From Laetmonice hystrix (Eukaryota): a stretch of 64,000 nt of DNA. Positions within the stretch are counted from its first letter, which is position 1. Every line of letters begins with the position of its first letter. The stretch covers positions 32,924,001-32,988,000 of the forward strand of contig OZ249436.1 in the NCBI GenBank assembly GCA_965235115.1, written 5' to 3'. A program made the position numbers and the translations under genes. This document shows positions 12,850-25,434 of this stretch, piece after piece. Under the pieces are notes generated by a model. The model searched no databases, was not told where the DNA came from, and saw only the letters and a program-made list of their open reading frames with translations.

Positions 12850-12927
12850 CATTATTCACAATAAAGCACCATTAGCAACAATGAGAGTGCATTGTCTATA
12901 AGGGGGCCTCATATCTTTACACAGGAT

Positions 12928-13040
12928 CACCAAACCTTCGTATGGTCGGTTTATTCACTACCAACTAAGAACGTGTTCGTGTTTCACCAAACCATCGAAT
13001 GGTCGGTTTATTCACTACCAACTAAGAACCTGTTAGTGTT
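12928..13040. repeat. Tandem duplication, about 57 bp x2
   Basis: tcaccaaacc..tggtcggtttattcactaccaactaagaac occurs twice. Confidence 0.85.
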
Positions 13041-16000
13041 AAACCGTTTTCCTGGTCTTGGAAATTGTAGCTGTACCGTAATAACACAGCTGGGTTGAAC
13101 ACGATTCTGCTGTCAATACAGTACCAGGATCAGAATACGAGCCACAGTTCGGGAAAGCTGATGTCATAGTTAATAATCCATCTAGCTGCCGAGCGCAATG
13201 CAAGTCGCGGGTTTTTGGAATGAGATCGTAAATGCAACAGACTCTCCATTTCTTGTTATGAGTGTACTCCAGCAAATAACATACCGCGCAATTAACAGCA
13301 CTCCGCCATGTGGAGAGACACCTCCCGGAGTGCATGTACGGTTCGACGTGTGTGCATACCTGTGACATTTCACAGCCAGCAATTTTTGAGAGGGGAAGCC
13401 AATACAGATTAGCGGTCGTGGTACAGGTTGAACTGGATTTTTAAGAGGCACACAACCGATGCGAAAACATGTACCGATAGATTCCAAACGTCGATGTGAC
13501 ATATATTGAAAAACGCGAAATCAGCCTTGAAGATCCCCATTTAATGTAACGTAGAACACGTAACACGTAAAAAGGATTATGTCATCAGGGCCCCGTTGCA
13601 TATTCAAGAACCGGCCGATAAGGATCGTTAAAATGTTCGAAAGCGTTGCATATTACAGATTTAGCAGTCACTAAAATCAGAGTGTTGCATAAAAAAGAGG
13701 TCGCAAATAGTGGTCTTTATAGGTGTTGCACAAAGTAGCGCTCATTAAGGGGGTCTCTCTGTACTATCGCTGAACCGCCTAACAGTTCCTAAAATGGTTG
13801 CTAGAGCCCTCCGCTAAGGCCCACCAAAAAGGTGGAGTGGAGAAGAGTGGAAGAGTGGAGTGTGTCTCATCTACCAGGGCGCCATTGCATATTTTCCCCC
13901 TTAAAGTGGCACTATTTATTCGCCCCAGGAAGTTGACCCCTCCCATATGGATCCCCTGCACTTATCGTAATAAATTTGAGTGGAACCAACCCGATTTACT
14001 GTGAGAACCGACGATGTACCATGATAGTATCATGCCTGCGTCTCCGCGCCATTTTGCCATGTTGCCTCGGCTGGGTAACGGGGGAATTCCGTCGATGCGC
14101 GCGCATAACCACGTGACTGCATCTACTTCCCGAGAGGAGCACGCGGAAAATGGCGGACAGCGAACAGGAGGTTAGGCATGTTAGGGGAACGGGCTCCGGG
14201 CCCCCTACTGCGGTCCCTACACACACAGACACCCCCCACCCCGGCCCTCGCCACCTCGCCTGCCGAACGTGTCACTGAATCAGTGAGTGGCAGCCCGACG
14301 AACGGCGGTGCTCTGAGAGAGACGGCAGCGTCACGGTTCGCCCCGCGGGTGGGAAGGCTGCCGCTGGCACACACTCATTTTGAACTCGCGATTTTTCATA
14401 AACTACGCTACGCATCGTTATCAGACTTAGACTAGGGTCTACAACATAGAAATATTATATGCTAGTGTAAAGTTCGAGTAAATAGCACCCCTCCTTATGC
14501 GCGTGTTAACGGGCACCGGGGCCTCGGCAGCTCGGCTGAGTCGCGTAGCGCAGAACGAGTAGCACACCGAGCACACTCCTCGCGTAGCAGACTCCTCTGG
14601 CAACCGTTTTAGTGTAGCCACTACAACAAGCCCCGTTTTCTCAGCAGAGGATGAGCGATGAATATTTTATCTTAGTATATAGTCTATAGCCAATACCAGT
14701 ACTAGTTTGCTCCTCCACGTACCGAGGTGCGATCATCGACTGAAATGGCCCAGCGTGTGCTGCGGGGCGTGGGGCGGTGGGGCATTCCCCGGAAGCGGCC
14801 TAGCGGGGTATTTTGGGATGGTTGATGCAATGACGTCAGTCATAGCGCCACTTGTCGACAGTGGCAGATTTGAACTCAACAACAATAACATGGACAGTGT
14901 TTACTCGGGACCCCGGCTGGAGCACACTTTCACGGTTTTCTCGACATTGCAGCGCCTGTGAGACATCATATTTCACATGTGGGTACAAATTGACTAACTG
15001 GAACGGGGGGAGAGTGACTAGGGGACCTTTAAGGATCACTAAAACCTTTACGATCCTTATTTTTTGCGACTAGGTTAGCGCTCGCAATGTTAGAAGTCGC
15101 TATCTGCAACGCGCCCAATATTACCAGTCGTTACACAATTCCCATTAGTGGTCGTAAAAGTACCTGAGAGCAGCACCTCACTGCAACACGAGCTTCTTGA
15201 GGCAGTTCCCGGCACTGTTGCATATTTTTTCCCCTTAAGGATCACCAAAAACCTTTACGATCCTTATTTTTTTGCGACTACTAAGGGCCCTACTGACCGT
15301 GCCGTTGCATATCAGATACCCCATGTTGTCACAAAGGTTAGCGCTCGCAATGTTAGAAGTCGCTATCTGCAACGCGCCCAATATTAGCAGTCGTTACACA
15401 ATCCCCATTAGTGGTCGTAAAAGTACCTGAGAGCAACACCTTACTGCGACACCAGCTTCTTGAGGCAGTTCCCTAATTAGTCGTCAGGGGGCGGAATGGG
15501 TAGACCGGACTTGGCCTTGTATGTTGCTTCATGTCAACATTTGTCCATGTTCACCAAAGCCAGTCTTTTATGAGTCGTAAAATAACATAATAATAAAGTA
15601 CTTTCAGTGTTAATTCAAAGTATTTTAATGATTTTTTGCAAAAGGCTGACATTATATTTTATTATATTTTATTATATATTTCCCCAATTGCCACACAAAT
15701 GTCTAAGCCAGATGTCACAGTTTATACAGAAGGCTTGAATTCATGTAGGAATACCCCTCATCTCCTACACAAAGTCTATATAGCCTGTATCGAAGGATAG
15801 ATCGTGTTCCTGTCTGTTACGAGCAATCGCCAGTAATATTTATAGATGAGCTACAGGTCAACCCTTAATTACGGCCAGTTTGGCTGAGTCCCGTTTTTTT
15901 ATTTAATGTTTTTCAAATGTATTTATCTATTTAATGTTTGTCAAAACCCCACAATAGCGGGCACTTCTAATAAGACCACTCCGCATTGTGACCACTTTTT

Positions 16001-16303
16001 GTCAGTCCCAAATGGCCTTCCACCCTTCACTCCGGCTCTAAACTATTGTTGCCAAGGTGCATGTGTAACAACCCCACTTTGAAATTACGCCCTTAAACAT
16101 TGTTCAAAGTCCGTTAAGAATTGGGTCCACGTCAACGCACTTTCAATTTTCTTTTCAAAGTGCGTTGAGGTGGTTCAACATTTAACGCATTTTGAACATA
16201 TTTTTCAAAGTGCGCAATTTTTTCAGAGTGGTTTGTTATAGATCTGTCAATCAAGTTGAGACAACAACGGCACAATGACTGGTTATGACACTGATCACCG
16301 TAA

Positions 16304-16562
16304 AGCTGTATCCCCACTGGACGCGTGTGACGCGCGCGACGCGTGCGATGCGTGCGACGCGATCTTTTTCTATCTTCACCAGATGCGCGTGATACGTCTG
16401 CGTATAGGCTACGGGCCTGGGAACATATAGGTATTTATATTATGCGCGGCTATCACTTGCGGGTCCAGGAACTTGCGCGACCAGTGCAGATACTCCACTC
16501 ATTTCCATTACTTCTAAAATAAACGCGCGCATCGCTCGCGTCCCACGCGTCCAGTGACAGCT
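16304..16562. mobile_element. MITE nested in the 13.6-19.4 kb element
   Basis: Imperfect TIR agctgt..cactggacgcgtg / cacgcgtccagtg.acagct; CG-rich subterminal repeats. Confidence 0.6.
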
Positions 16563-17211
16563 TTACGCGCGTTACGCCGATCCGAGATGAAGGAAGGCAA
16601 GTCTCGCTTCAACTAAAACTAGTGTAGTTCAAGCATTTCTCTGCATTGACAACAAAGAGGACCCATATTTATGTTATATCATAGTTTTATATTGAAGGAT
16701 GGCCTATAAAGGCGCAGATGTTAAAAAAGGTGTAGGCCTAGCCCTAGGTACAATTCCTTTTAGGCCCTAAGGCTTATGCAAATTTAAACAAAAAATCAAA
16801 CAAGTTTGAAATGATAAGTCGAAGTATTCACCGTCTATTATTTCACCAACTTAAATTGGTGTTAAATTGGCGTTACGGGTATCATTGCCGCATCCATTTT
16901 CTCTTAATTTAAGCCCTGCTAGGACCCTGAAATAAGACAAACGGCAGTCTACGCTGTTATCATGGTATTTAGACGTTGTCCTGATGTTGTTGATGCAGAG
17001 TAACCCTTGCAAAAGGGACAAAAACACGCGAAGCGAGTATCGAGATCCTCCATTTATGATCAGCGTAACGCGCGTTACGGTGATCAGTGTCTAACCAGTG
17101 ACTCACACATAGGCTATACGATCCCTGGAATAGCTTTCCTTTCACAACCATCTGTGTGGCCAGCTTTATCCTTGTTAGCTCTTTGTTATCCTTTGTTATC
17201 AGTGAACAAAC

Positions 17212-17412
17212 CAAGGGCGGGTTCAGGATTTTTGTAGGGGGGGGGGCGTGGGGTGGAGGGGGGGTGGGGTGGGGTGGAGGGGGGTGGGGTGGGGTGGAGG
17301 GGGGGGCGTGGGGTGGAGGGGGCGTGGAGTCTAAGTGGTAAACTGTGCGCTGCGCAAAGTATGGGTGCAAGCCACTTTTTTTATGGGGGTTGCGCCCCTC
17401 GATCCGCCCCTG
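17212..17412. mobile_element. Short hAT-like MITE with 5-bp TSD and G-rich core
   Basis: caaac|caagggcggg...gatccgcccctg|caaac. Confidence 0.7.
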
Positions 17413-18121
17413 CAAACGATTTTAACGGCGGTATTTTTGCTATAACCTAATTTCTTAGCTTCTCCCCCATTCTACTATAAATTGACCATCCTTTATGAGT
17501 TAATTTAGTATCTGGACTTGCATTATACATGCTACAAAGAGTTCGACCCATAAATACAACGTATACCCCATTATGCCACTCGTATAGGCTCCAGGTAGAT
17601 GAGACACTCCACTCTTCCAGCCTTTAGCGCGCACCTTTTATGTGGGCCTTATCGGAGGCCTCTAGCAACCATTTTAGCAACTGTTAGGCGGTTTAGCGAT
17701 CCTACAGAAAGACCTCGCTTAAGGAGCGCTACTTTGTGCAACGCCTATAAGGACCACTATTTGTGACCTCTTTCTTATGCAACACTCTGATTTTAGTGAC
17801 TGCTAAATCTGTGCAACACTTTCGATCATTTTAACAATCCTTATCGGTTGTTAGTTGTTGACCGATAGGCCTATAGACAAAATGACAGACTTTCTCTCAC
17901 AGGTAAATTTGACAGCTGTGATCGTAAGGTGTCACTGCTGCCTATGTACATGTGTCAAGACACACAGTACATTTCTCTTATATTATCTTATTATATAGCC
18001 TACCCTATTATAGGGTAGGATGATAAGCCAAATTTATGAAAAGTTTCTCCTGTAACGTGACTTTTTCGCGTCATGACGTCATTCATCTATTCTAGATAGG
18101 ACCTTCGTACTTGTAGGTCTG

Positions 18122-18379
18122 TGTGTCTCAATAGCTGAGTGGGTAACACACCCGACCGGAAAGCTGGACATCATGGGTTCGAATCCCACTAACGGTTGAA
18201 ATTTTTTTCTGAATTTTTTCGTATTCTTAACGTCAAAATGCAAACGCTTTCGTTGTGAGTCTCAATAGCTAAATGTGTAGCATACCCGTCATACAGGCTG
18301 TTTATCATGGGTTCGAATCCCACTATGAAAAAGTATTTTTTATCAGATACTTTTCGTATTGTAAACGTCCAAATGCAAA
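18122..18379 (+). repeat. Tandem pair (about 134-bp unit) of tRNA-derived, SINE-head-like sequences
   Basis: gtctcaatagct...tcatgggttcgaatcccact at 18125 and 18259; B box GGTTCGAATCC followed by T runs. Confidence 0.65.
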
Positions 18380-20463
18380 TTTACATTTTTAGTAAAACTA
18401 TTCAGCTATATATATATATATTTTTCAATTTGATGGTCACTCATAGGACCTAAAAGAGGGGCTCTGTGGCCCTTTCGCCAGAAATCAATCATATCTCTCG
18501 CGGTTTTTAACAGAAACTAGTTTTGCTTTTAAAGCAAGTGGGATGTTGACCCAAATTTTAGCACACAATATTATTGAACTACAAATTATTCTGAAAACCA
18601 TCCCCACAGCTGACCGCTAACCCAGGGAGAATACTCCTTCCAATGAGTTCCCATACACTGCACATGGGGTTTAGCCCAATTTGGTATAGATTTGTTGATA
18701 TAGATCTAAGTTACGTGACCTAGAAGTTTCACTATTTAAAGGGCTCTGACCACACAACTGAATGCAACTAAAATATGTGGGCTGGTTCCTAATTAGTACA
18801 TTTTTTACCAATATTTTACTGATGACTTTTGACCTTCGTAAGGACTGGGTCACACGTCACATCTCACATAAATGTACGATTTTGAAGTAGATCTCTTCCA
18901 ATTATCCTGGTCAAATTTGACAGGTTCCACAATGCGCTCTCCATATCAATCTTCGTCGTGTAGCCTATGGGTCAACAGGCTTACAAAATGTCTGTATGTA
19001 TTTTTATGTGTTATTTTACAACTCATAAAAGACCGGCTGTGACGAACATGGACAATTGTTGACATAAAGCAACATACAAGGTCCAGTCCGGTGTACCCAT
19101 TCCGCCCCCTGACGACTAATTAGGGAACTGCCTCAAGAAGCTGGTGTCGCAGTGAGGTGTTGCTCTCAGGTACTTTTACGACCACTAATGGGGATTGTGT
19201 AACGACTGCTAATATTGGGCGCGTTGCAGATAGCGACTTCTAACATTGCGAGCGCTAACCCTTGTGACAACATGGGGTATCTGATATGCAACGGCACGGT
19301 CAGTAGGGCCCTTAGTAGTCGCAAAAAATTAAGGATCGTAAAGGTTTTAGTGATCCTTAAGGGAAAAAAATATGCAACGGGGCCCAGATGTTTGTGTAAT
19401 GAGTCACTATAGCAAACTGCCTTAAACTGTTCTCTATACATGATTGGTCACGCTTGTATTTAGTTTTATATTCACCGATGAATGCCATCATCATTGCTAA
19501 GAATCTGCTTGTTTCGTCCCTCATGTGTCTGGTGGTTTAACAGTGGTGCGTCATTCAGTGATGAGTAATAAAATATTACAACTTTTTTGTCACGATTAGG
19601 GCAATAATTCACCGTTCCAAAGTACACTAACACCTCATGCGGAGAATGATTTAAAAGTCGTGTTTTTCCTACCCTCATCTGGAAGATTCATTATCTGCTT
19701 CTGGAAGATTCGTTTTCTTCTACAGGAGTCCCTAGCTACATATTGAAATATATTGACATATATATTTGAGGACTGTTGCTGCAATCCTGCAGTATGATGG
19801 TCTTTGTTAACTATAGGATTCGGGCTGAAGCTATAACATGATAATAGCAGAAGTTTGAATTTGCCTCCGTCCTACGAAAGGGGCGCTGCAAATGACGTCG
19901 ACAATATCCCATAATAGTCCCAGGTCCTGGGGAACCCCGTTCTTACTTCTGGTATGGCTCCACCATATTTGATAATCATCATACGCTTGCTTTGTAAATA
20001 TGCCTCCGAGGAATCGGGCTTTTAAGCGACGAAAGTCGATGTATGCAACATAATCAGCTAAAAAGCTGAGAAAGAAGAGTTGGTCAGAAGACGTGACAGT
20101 GCTCGTGTGTCTATCGGTACTGAAGTGGAACAGTGGATGGCCCTAAAAAACCCACGCTCCGATCAGCGTCACCTTAGAGGCGCTGAAACTCAGCATAGGA
20201 AAAAAACGAGCTTGGGTGCTCGACAGGCGCGCATCAGGAAATTCCCCTGTTGCCCGGTTTTCCAAAATGGCCAAGCGGTTCGAAGATAGAGCGTTAGATT
20301 GCAACGGAGTCAGCTGAACGTTCTCACATTACAATTGGTTGGTCTTACTTCAATTTATATGAGTTTTCCATGTGACACTGATTTTAGCTGATTTATATGG
20401 CAGGGGGTCGATATTACAGATTTTAAAAACGTTGTAGCTTTAAATGCCAAAGTAACAAAATAC

Positions 20464-20566
20464 CCTGCTGCCGTGTGTGGCTGAGTATCCCGCGTTGAGC
20501 CCTTGTATGTCTTCAATGTTGATCTTCCACAGGAGTCCCTCTATCTCTTTCCTATATCGGCGCTGG
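20464..20566 (-). CDS. rGC exon, intracellular juxtamembrane (QRRYRKEIEGLLWKINIEDI...GSR)
   Basis: tttttcctaaag acceptor, AGG|gtattt donor; E.E..LLWKI motif; phase 2 to 0. Confidence 0.92.
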
Positions 20567-20623
20567 CTTTAGGAAAAAGGAAGAGAAAAAATCTGACGCA
20601 CATGGAAGAGCTTATCTTATATA

Positions 20624-22282
20624 CTAGGTTGAGTAAAAAAGACTATACACTCACAAATAGGGTGATGAATCAGAGACTTGGCAAAATCAGGACAATGTAG
20701 TAATTTGTACAGAAAAGGGTAACTCTTGTGCTTTAATTTGTGGTTGATTCGCTCAGATGCGACCAATAATAAAGAAATACTTGCCATTTTTCAAAAACCT
20801 CTAACATACCACTTGCGCCAAGTGAGACACAGTCTTTTCAATTCAAACAAAACATGATGGAAGCAATGAAAAGCAAACATATGGGCCATTGTCATGGATG
20901 TAGTCATGGATGCCATAATGCTTCTCATTGCTTAAAAGTCCGCTTGGCGCTGCTAAATAAGGACTCGACGCCACACGTCGGGTACCTTTATGTAGGCAAA
21001 ACGAAGACTTTAATTGGTACTATATGCTTATACAATACCTAAAGTATGTTGTAGTATAGCGTATGAGGCTTCTGTCGATTCTTCCGGTCTCCATATTGGT
21101 TCTCGGACAGGATCTCACGTATATCAGAAGGAAGGAAACGGAAGAATGGAACCGGGAACCCTGGGTGAGAGGTATAAATACGGAAAACCGTCGACGCAGT
21201 ACCCTCTCTCCTCAGACTACACGAGCGTTCTCTACGTTTCAAAGGCTCGCCGCGATCTGACGTCCCACCTCCGCCCCGACTCCTCCATACCTCCCTGAGG
21301 ACACTGGGGATATTTCGTCGTATCGTCTTTGACCACGTTCATGGGGGTCATATGACCAGGGGTTGGTTAAGGGTGGTACCGGGGTCAGCGTGGTCTGCCC
21401 GGGCTTTTTGCGGGGTTATACAGGGATGTGGGTCGTGGGAGGGAACTCGTGGTCTAGGACTTTGTGGGCCTTGTTGTCTCCACCTAATAAGGCAGGACTA
21501 AGTAATAGGCCTACCCATGGAATTTTGGCCAATGTATCTCCATATATCTATAATGTATTATCAATTGTCATTATCTATTATCAGTTGTCATTATATATTA
21601 TTACTATGTTATTTAGACAGTTATATATAATAGTATGTTATTTATACTTGTTATATATTATATTATAGTATATTAATATATCATTTATATGTGTTATATA
21701 TATTTATCATTTACCATCTTATATGATGTAATGTTTTGTATGTGGGATTGTATGTAGAGTCTCCCCGGTTGGGGATGATCGACGGGTTACGCAATAAAAA
21801 TGTAACCTACTATACTTTTCACATACAGCCTCTGAGTTTTGACTACATAAAGCATGTTGCGTCCACAGTTTACACGCCAGCAAAGGGCCTTCTTTGTCAA
21901 TGAATTTGCGGAGAATCAGAGTGCCACTCTGTGGCTGGGGTGTAAACTGAGGACGCACCAGGCTTTAGCAGCACCAAGCAGGACTATCACTATGAGCAGC
22001 ATCCACAGATCTGAATTGGTCACAGCCAAGACACTGCCCCGTTTCATTGCTTTTCGTGACTTCCATCATGCTTTGTTTGAATTGAAAAGGCGGAGTCTCA
22101 TTTGGCGCAAGTGGTATTTTAGGGTTTTTTGAAAAATGGCAAGTATTTCTTTATTACTGGTCGCATCTAAGTGGTTCAACTACCAAATTGAAGCACAAGA
22201 GTTACCCTTTCTTGTCCAGATTTGGCAAAATCTTTTATTCATCACCCTATTTGTGAGTGTATAGTTTTTTTACTCACCCTAG
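20624..22282. mobile_element. Tc1/mariner-like non-autonomous element with about 250-bp imperfect TIRs
   Basis: ctaggttgagtaaaaaa..ctatacactcacaaatagggtgatgaat at 20624 is mirrored ending at 22282; arms about 20624-20875 and 22045-22282; TA on the left flank. Confidence 0.8.
21050..21847 (+). mobile_element. Solo-LTR-like insertion nested in the TIR element
   Basis: TGTAGT...ACTACA termini; internal tataaata (about 21173) and aataaa (about 21793); flanked by taaagtatgt / taaagcatgt. Confidence 0.55.
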
Positions 22283-22511
22283 TGTAGAAGGGGAACCCCC
22301 GAATAAAGCTGTAGAATCAATAAGCAATCCGTCTCGCAGGAAGAGCGACTCTTCATGCTACAATTAAAGTTTTGGCTTCAAGTGCAATCTTGCAGCTGTT
22401 ATTTCATTTCCCTATTTTTCATAAGACTTTTCACAATACCTACAAGACTCTGCGCAAGTCTTTGTAGTTGATGTATATCTAAATATCTAGATATTTAAGG
22501 ATGCCACTAAC

Positions 22512-22590
22512 CGGTACACAGCAAGTAGGATGCAGGAAATAATGAAGACGGTGCCTCCAATGACTCCGCTGGAGATCTCCTCTTTGTAGG
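22512..22590 (-). CDS. rGC exon, transmembrane helix (TYKEEISSGVIGGTVFIISCILLAVYR)
   Basis: tttctgatgctttcag acceptor, CG|gttagt donor; 79 nt; phase 1 to 2 fits both neighbours; hydrophobic. Confidence 0.9.
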
Positions 22591-23899
22591 CTGAAAGCAT
22601 CAGAAAAAAATATCATTCTTGTGGCCTTATTGGGTTCAACAGCCGCGGACGTCCGACATGAACAATCAGTAGGGCATTGCCCTCTTCTTATCTGCTGTCC
22701 AAAGGACGTCCTTATTTGGGCTAATTGGGACCAGAAAGCATTTGCACCTGGATGTAAACTCATGGCGGCGATCCAAGACAATGGCGTGAAAAATAGACTG
22801 TAAAAGAAGTAGTACATAACGCATAACTCTGTGTAAGCCATGAGGTCCTTCCATGATTCTAACGTCAAGAGACGTCCTATGCATTAAAACTTTCCGCACT
22901 GGAAAGTCCACCGCATGGAGTAGCCATGTCATTGACTACAACCTGGTAACGATGTCTGCCAGAGCTGCTGCAGTGCGGTAGACCTAGAGATGTTCATGAA
23001 TAGCAAGTAGTGGCGTCGTTGACGCGCTGCTCCGGAAACGACCCGATTACCAGCGTGACTACCGGTTGTTTATCCCGGTGTTGCTCGGTAAACGATTAAT
23101 CACACCAAGCCGCGATACGCAGATCGTCTGCGCCGATTCGCCGCGTGAAGGGCCCGTTAGGCGTCGCTGGCAGTCCTGCCCCTGCGTTTGATAAGTATAG
23201 GCAAGTAAAAGGCGCATATCTGTTCTGTGTGGTGATAGGCCTTTACAATGAAGAACAGAATAGGCCTACTCTTATTATTGTAATAGGCGCCTGAAAGCCT
23301 ACTCACAGCTGCGCTCGGAAATAAGCGAATATGCGCTTGATAAAATGTTTGAGAACTGTAGAGTTGACTATGCGCTAACCCGCCTCACAATTTTAAAGCC
23401 AGTGCCAGAATATATTGCGGTTCGAAGGCTCATGAATGGGTATGTGTTAGTGTAGGCCCCATGAAGGTCCAAGTGCCCCTTATAAATGAACCTGTTTCTG
23501 CATGCAGTCCTACAGCCACCTTTTATATTCCTCAACTAATTACTAGGATTTACACAAATCATATTCAATCTGAATTTTAAAACAAAAGCGGCTCTTAAAA
23601 AGTTATAGTAGTATAAATCTATGTCGTGGCATTTAAACGGACATATTACAAGCACGATCCTATCTCAAGGCGGCTCTTCTATGCACAGGAAGCAACAAAA
23701 CATTATCATAAAAGTGATGCTTTATACAAGTTGGAATTGTTGTACCTTATAAAAACACCATGTGTACAGGGATCGCTTTCTGTTAATTCGAATGATACCC
23801 AATCCAGCAGTTGCGGTTGTCTGATTCGGATGGGAGACTATAGAGCGGAAGTTAAATGAGCTCTGTCTACTTTCACCCCGACTCCATGATCTCCGGCCT

Positions 23900-24620
23900 T
23901 CTGGGTGAGAAGATTGCTTGCTCAATCCGATAGTGGTTCAGTTGCTCACATGAAAATAACTGGCCGGGAGCTCTCCATCGAAACGCTATCGTGACACGGC
24001 GATCCATTCAGGGGGGCAAAGATTGCATTCAGCCTCCACAAACCTAATGTGGAGGCCATTGAACGCATTACTGCCATGTGATAGCCGTCTGGTTGTTTTA
24101 AGTCCACACAAGATGCGTTCATTGATACCGAGCCAATATGCCAGGCCTACTAGCCCGCTTATTACACCAAACGAATTGGAAAGCCTCTTGATCCAGTCGC
24201 ATACATTGATGGATATTCTCAACATTGTGAACGGCATAATTGGCCGACGTACGCCGGAACAGCTTACCTAACCTATAGCGGTCGCAGACTTTAGTTGGGA
24301 AGTACCACCACACAAGGCCTGAGCGTGGGCGGCGGTGGAAATGACAATTGACTCGCGCATTTCCAGGCCATTGACAACCCGTGCACGATTTCGTTTCCGT
24401 AATGCAAGCAGATGATTGGGTGCACCTTCCTTTCCGGTGTCTTGTTATTAGTTTCGGCTGCCTTGCTCAGGGAAGACATGGGGGAACACGTTGTCATTGG
24501 CCGAGTAGACGTCTCCAACCGGCCTGGTCTCGGGGCAGTCATTTATTTGGCCATTCTCCCCGACTCTAGTTGATCTTTACGAGTCTGTTAGGTTTGCAAA
24601 TGAATCCAGCCGTCACCTAA
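23900..24620 (+). pseudogene. Possible highly decayed CR1/L2-type reverse transcriptase fragment
   Basis: Frameshifted motifs ADFS, LGAVIYLAIL and VRFANESS resemble DFSKAFD, LGP.LFL..IND and KFADDT; by eye only. Confidence 0.3.
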
Positions 24621-25225
24621 TGTTGCGACATCCGGCACGCGTTCAAGGTTGCTCCACCTCAAACATCAAACACGATGTCACTGATTCAGGCCAAGGGAAT
24701 CGGTTCTTTACGGTTAAAACTGGTGTTCCAGAGTTTTACACTGTTACCAGTTGAAGATGGGCTTCCAACATTATACAATTGACCCATTAATTATGCTCTA
24801 GACGGTATACTTTGAACATATCAAGTACATCCGGTAATAAAATAAACGGCAACTATTCCATGCAGTATAGGAGGCCAAGGGGGCGCCTTGATTCGGTGCC
24901 AGTTGAGATATTTATGGATTGTATTGATTTTTGTTTTCACTGCCTTTTTAATGATAGCGCGGGTTGGGGACGATTTTGAGCTCTCCTGAATTCCATTTAT
25001 GCATGTTTCCAGTGGTCGGTTGATAACCTCGATAGGAGACGAATCCTTGACATGAGGCATGATTAACAACCAATTCCGGCTCGGCATAGATATATCAGTA
25101 TATCGTTGTATTTCAAACCCGATTTATACCAGAGCCACCGCCACGGTCGCACTCCTATACGAGATTGATGTTAGTAGAGAGACTAGGCTAGTGTGCCAGA
25201 GTGCGCCCATCGCACACTGGCTTTA

Positions 25226-25434
25226 AGGCCCTGATCCACTAGGGCGATTTCCCTTGCGACGGCCAGGCGAATTTTGATTTAATGGTGGAATTTCATTTTG
25301 TAATATTTTGTGGCTAAAATTCCCTGTTTCTGGAAATGGGTTCCACCCTTTAATTTCAAAATCAAAGTAAAATAAAGGGTGATGTAAAAACCGCATGACA
25401 TCGCAAGAGCAATCGCCTCGGTGGATCAGGGCCT
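25226..25434. mobile_element. MITE
   Basis: TIR aggccctgatccac.. / ..gtggatcagggcct. Confidence 0.75.

Larger units (their letters stand above)
13589..19384. mobile_element. PIF/Harbinger-like non-autonomous composite element (5.8 kb)
   Basis: TIR ggccccgttgcata / tatgcaacggggcc; CAG TSD at 13586-88 and 19385-87; contains inverted copies of its own ends. Confidence 0.8.

Noticed and set aside
16950..17053. Short minus-strand MEDLDTRFACFCPFCKG peptide resembling a transposase zinc-binding start
   Set aside because: Too short, terminates early and has no further support
16969..17450. Pro/His-rich and Gly-rich ORFs
   Set aside because: Translations of the G-rich core of a short MITE
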